Shown piece after piece: positions 53,133 through 55,421 of a DNA stretch of 55,421 bases; the first letter of the stretch is position 1; each line of letters opens with the position of its first letter. Origin of the DNA: a virus (Duplodnaviria; Caudoviricetes); IMG/VR virus record IMGVR_UViG_3300037743_000357, positions 1-55,421 of that record. One strand, given 5' to 3'. A program made the position numbers and the translations under genes. The notes under the pieces are model-generated. The model had not been told where the DNA came from. It worked only from the letters and a program-made list of their open reading frames with translations, and did not search any database.

Positions 53133-55138
53133 GGCTTCAATAGTTCTTCCATCCGTTCGACGAAACCGGCGCCCAACTGGCGCCGATACTTGCGGACTAG
53201 GCGAGCTCCAAGGGCCGCTTGTTTCGGACTCAGGCGCGCGCACGCGGCCAGGCTCTTTCCAATAGTCGAATCCATCTTGTTGAACCCGGCCCCGTCGATG
53301 GCTTGGGCGCCGTCGCACATCGCGGCCAGCCTTCTTAATCCGCCCAAGATCCACGCGCACGCTTCCGGGTTGATCATCTTGGCTTCCTGGGCCAGCCGGT
53401 CGAACGGATCTTTGGCGCCGGCGGTGGGTTTGGCCCCGGCAGGGGTGGAAATGACCACGGTGGGTGGGGGGAATTCGGTGGAAGTGTCCAGGGGATCGAG
53501 TTCGGCGTCCATGGCGCGGTGAATGACGTTCATTTTGTCGACGTTCACGCGCATGATGTGGGCGTCCAAGCTTCCTTCGAGGACCAGATAGGAGACTAAG
53601 ACACTGTCGTGCTGGCCGATCCGGTGGCATCGGTCTTCCTTCTGAGCGAGCTTCCCGGGCACCCAGTCCCCTTCCAGCATGACGACATGGGAACTGGCCG
53701 TGAGCGTGATGCCTTCCGCCGCGGCGTTGTTCCCGATGAACACATTGCAGGCGGGATCTTGCTGGAAGCGATCCACTTCCCCCATCCGGTCCCGGGTGTC
53801 GCCGGTGATGACGGCGGCTTGGGGAAACTTGGCGTGCAGGGCGGCCACGACGTCCTTGTGATGGCAGAACACGACAATTTTCCCGTTCTCCACGGCATCG
53901 GAGATGAATTCGATGGCTTGGGGGACCTTAGCCAGCCCTACCTCATGGCGGATTCGCGCCATCTCGGCAAACACGGCGTCCTGGCTCTCCCGCAGGGCCG
54001 CCACGGCGCGTTCGTATTCCTCCCGGCTCTCTGACGCCTTGGCAAGCTCCACGCGCGCCTTGAGGCGTTCTAGCATTTCCAGGCGGTCGGCATATTGGGC
54101 TTCTTCCCGGAGCACGCGCCCGCAGCCTGAGGAGTCCAGTTCGATGAGCACGCGTCTTTTGGCGGGCAATTCCTTGAGAACATCCGCTTTGAGGCGCCGG
54201 ACCATAAGCGAGCCGCGCAGTTTCCGTTGCAACTCCTCGACGTTGGAAGCGCCGCTGAAATCCCAGCCGAATCCGTTGTTAACCGCGTCACAGTAGCGCT
54301 TTGCGAACGGGAAAAATTTGGGCCACGCTTCAGGTTCCAACCAGTTCAGGATCGTCCAAATCTCCTTGGGGCGGTTTTCGATGGGTGTGCCGGACAGGGC
54401 CACGCGGATCGGTGGCCTGATGCTGAGCGTGGCTTTGGTGCGCTGGGCTTTGGAATTCTTCACATAATGGCATTCGTCGATAATCATCATGTCGAACCCG
54501 GTGGCCCGGATCTGGTTGAGGTATTTGCCGACGATATCGAAATTGATGACGGTCACATCGGCATACTCCCCGACATATGGTATGCCAGTGTTCTGGACGC
54601 AGACCTTGAGGGGGCGCGCGCACCATCGGTTGAATTCCCGGCGCCAGTTGACTTTTAGCGTGTTTGGGGCGACTACTAGGACCTTGCGCACGTCCGGGCG
54701 AAGATTGACGATTCCGATGGTTTCCACAGATTTTCCGAGGCCCATTTGGTCTCCAATCAGCACCCCGCCGCATTTCGAAATTGAATCCAGGGCGAACTTC
54801 ACCCCGGCGCGCTGATACCCCAGGAAATCCAGATCCAGCCCGGCGGGTTTCGGGATCTGGATGTCGGCGTCATCGGCGCGGCTGGCTTCGAGGGTGCGGT
54901 TCTGTTCTTCCTTCACGGCCTTGGGGACGTCTTGCCACCACTTGGCTTGCCATTGGTTTGTCTTCATGTCGCGCCCGCACGAGATGCCGGCGGCCTTGAG
55001 TGCGGCCTTGTCGGCGCGCCAGGCTTCCCAAAAGGTTTCGGTGGGCGGCGCCACGCGTAGGATCTTTTCTACGCCTTGAGCGCGGACGGTCTTGGGCGGT
55101 CCCCAGGCGACTAGGTTTGAAAGGTCGATGGTGGTCAT
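53129..55138 (-). CDS. SNF2-family (SMARCAL1/HARP-like) helicase
   Basis: YQ..GV, DQMGLGKS, IIDECH, LSGTPIENRP.E, MVRRLK.DVL.ELP.K, VVFCHH, EGITLT.S, Q.EDRCHRIGQ. Confidence 0.95.
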   Translation of the reverse strand: MTTIDLSNLVAWGPPKTVRAQGVEKILRVAPPTETFWEAWRADKAALKAAGISCGRDMKTNQWQAKWWQDVPKAVKEEQNRTLEASRADDADIQIPKPAGLDLDFLGYQRAGVKFALDSISKCGGVLIGDQMGLGKSVETIGIVNLRPDVRKVLVVAPNTLKVNWRREFNRWCARPLKVCVQNTGIPYVGEYADVTVINFDIVGKYLNQIRATGFDMMIIDECHYVKNSKAQRTKATLSIRPPIRVALSGTPIENRPKEIWTILNWLEPEAWPKFFPFAKRYCDAVNNGFGWDFSGASNVEELQRKLRGSLMVRRLKADVLKELPAKRRVLIELDSSGCGRVLREEAQYADRLEMLERLKARVELAKASESREEYERAVAALRESQDAVFAEMARIRHEVGLAKVPQAIEFISDAVENGKIVVFCHHKDVVAALHAKFPQAAVITGDTRDRMGEVDRFQQDPACNVFIGNNAAAEGITLTASSHVVMLEGDWVPGKLAQKEDRCHRIGQHDSVLVSYLVLEGSLDAHIMRVNVDKMNVIHRAMDAELDPLDTSTEFPPPTVVISTPAGAKPTAGAKDPFDRLAQEAKMINPEACAWILGGLRRLAAMCDGAQAIDGAGFNKMDSTIGKSLAACARLSPKQAALGARLVRKYRRQLGAGFVERMEELLKP

Positions 55139-55195
55139 GTGAGCAGGGCAAGGAGCAGTCCCAGGAAAACACCCAGGAGAATGCAGATGATGATT

Positions 55196-55421
55196 TTACT
55201 TAGTTTTCGGCCTATCTTTCACCCAGCCGATCTTGGTTTTGTGATAGGTGAAAATCGCTTTTCCGTCTCGATTCCAACCTGTGAAGTAGTGGCATTTACA
55301 CGGACCGGACAAGATGATGGCCAGATGGCCGCAATCCGCAGGATCTAGCATCCCCTGCTCTAGGGGGGATAGGTGCTCCCATAGGTCCACAGGCACGAGC
55401 GAAGGCCGAACCAGCGGATGC
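55196..55421 (-). CDS. Hypothetical protein spanning the circular join (start ATG at 156)
   Basis: MSTEQANYVHPLVRPSLVPVDLWEH... reads continuously from 156 through the overlap to the stop at 55196. Confidence 0.65.
   Translation of the reverse strand, partial: HPLVRPSLVPVDLWEHLSPLEQGMLDPADCGHLAIILSGPCKCHYFTGWNRDGKAIFTYHKTKIGWVKDRPKTK
55296..55421. repeat. Terminal direct repeat, copy 2
   Basis: Identical to 5-130. Confidence 0.95.

Noticed and set aside
52176-53630. 484-aa ORF as listed in the track
   Set aside because: The first ~166 codons overlap the SNF2 gene in another frame; the plausible start is 53132 or internal.
1-55421. CRISPR array, tRNA, integrase, diversity-generating retroelement, stop-codon recoding
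   Set aside because: I saw no spaced repeats, cloverleaf, recombinase or reverse transcriptase motifs, and core genes are intact under the standard code using all three stops.

Overview
This looks like a complete, circularly assembled ~55.3 kb dsDNA tailed phage genome of podovirus type. A 126-bp overlap (5-130 = 55296-55421) closes the circle, and one ORF reads across the join. I found no integrase, tRNA or CRISPR array. The host is probably Verrucomicrobiota (inferred from protein motifs, not demonstrated). Layout: small leftward genes (0.2-2.6 kb); a compositionally skewed region with duplicated G-quadruplex-forming repeats around an HNH gene (possible packaging region); MT-A70 methyltransferase, RmlB and GroES; a glycan operon directly upstream of portal-scaffold-capsid; a block of signal-peptide-bearing fibre, LamG, Fn3 and beta-barrel genes with a holin; an inverted terminase; tail and ejection proteins; then a replication/recombination arm (Rad50-like ATPase, DHH, UvrD, initiator with iterons, DnaC, SSB, RecU, SNF2). 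Most notable: (1) integron attC-like sites delimiting small phage genes as reverse-oriented cassettes, with no integrase; (2) a nearly self-contained pathway for a C-methylated, possibly pyruvylated rhamnose-type glycan next to the head genes; (3) Thr-Asn-rich fibre-like proteins with Sec signal peptides; (4) a TIR-bounded, transposase-less element whose HEPN cargo is fused in frame to a phage gene; (5) structured RNA elements on both sides of the capsid gene. All family assignments come from reading motifs by eye; no searches were run.
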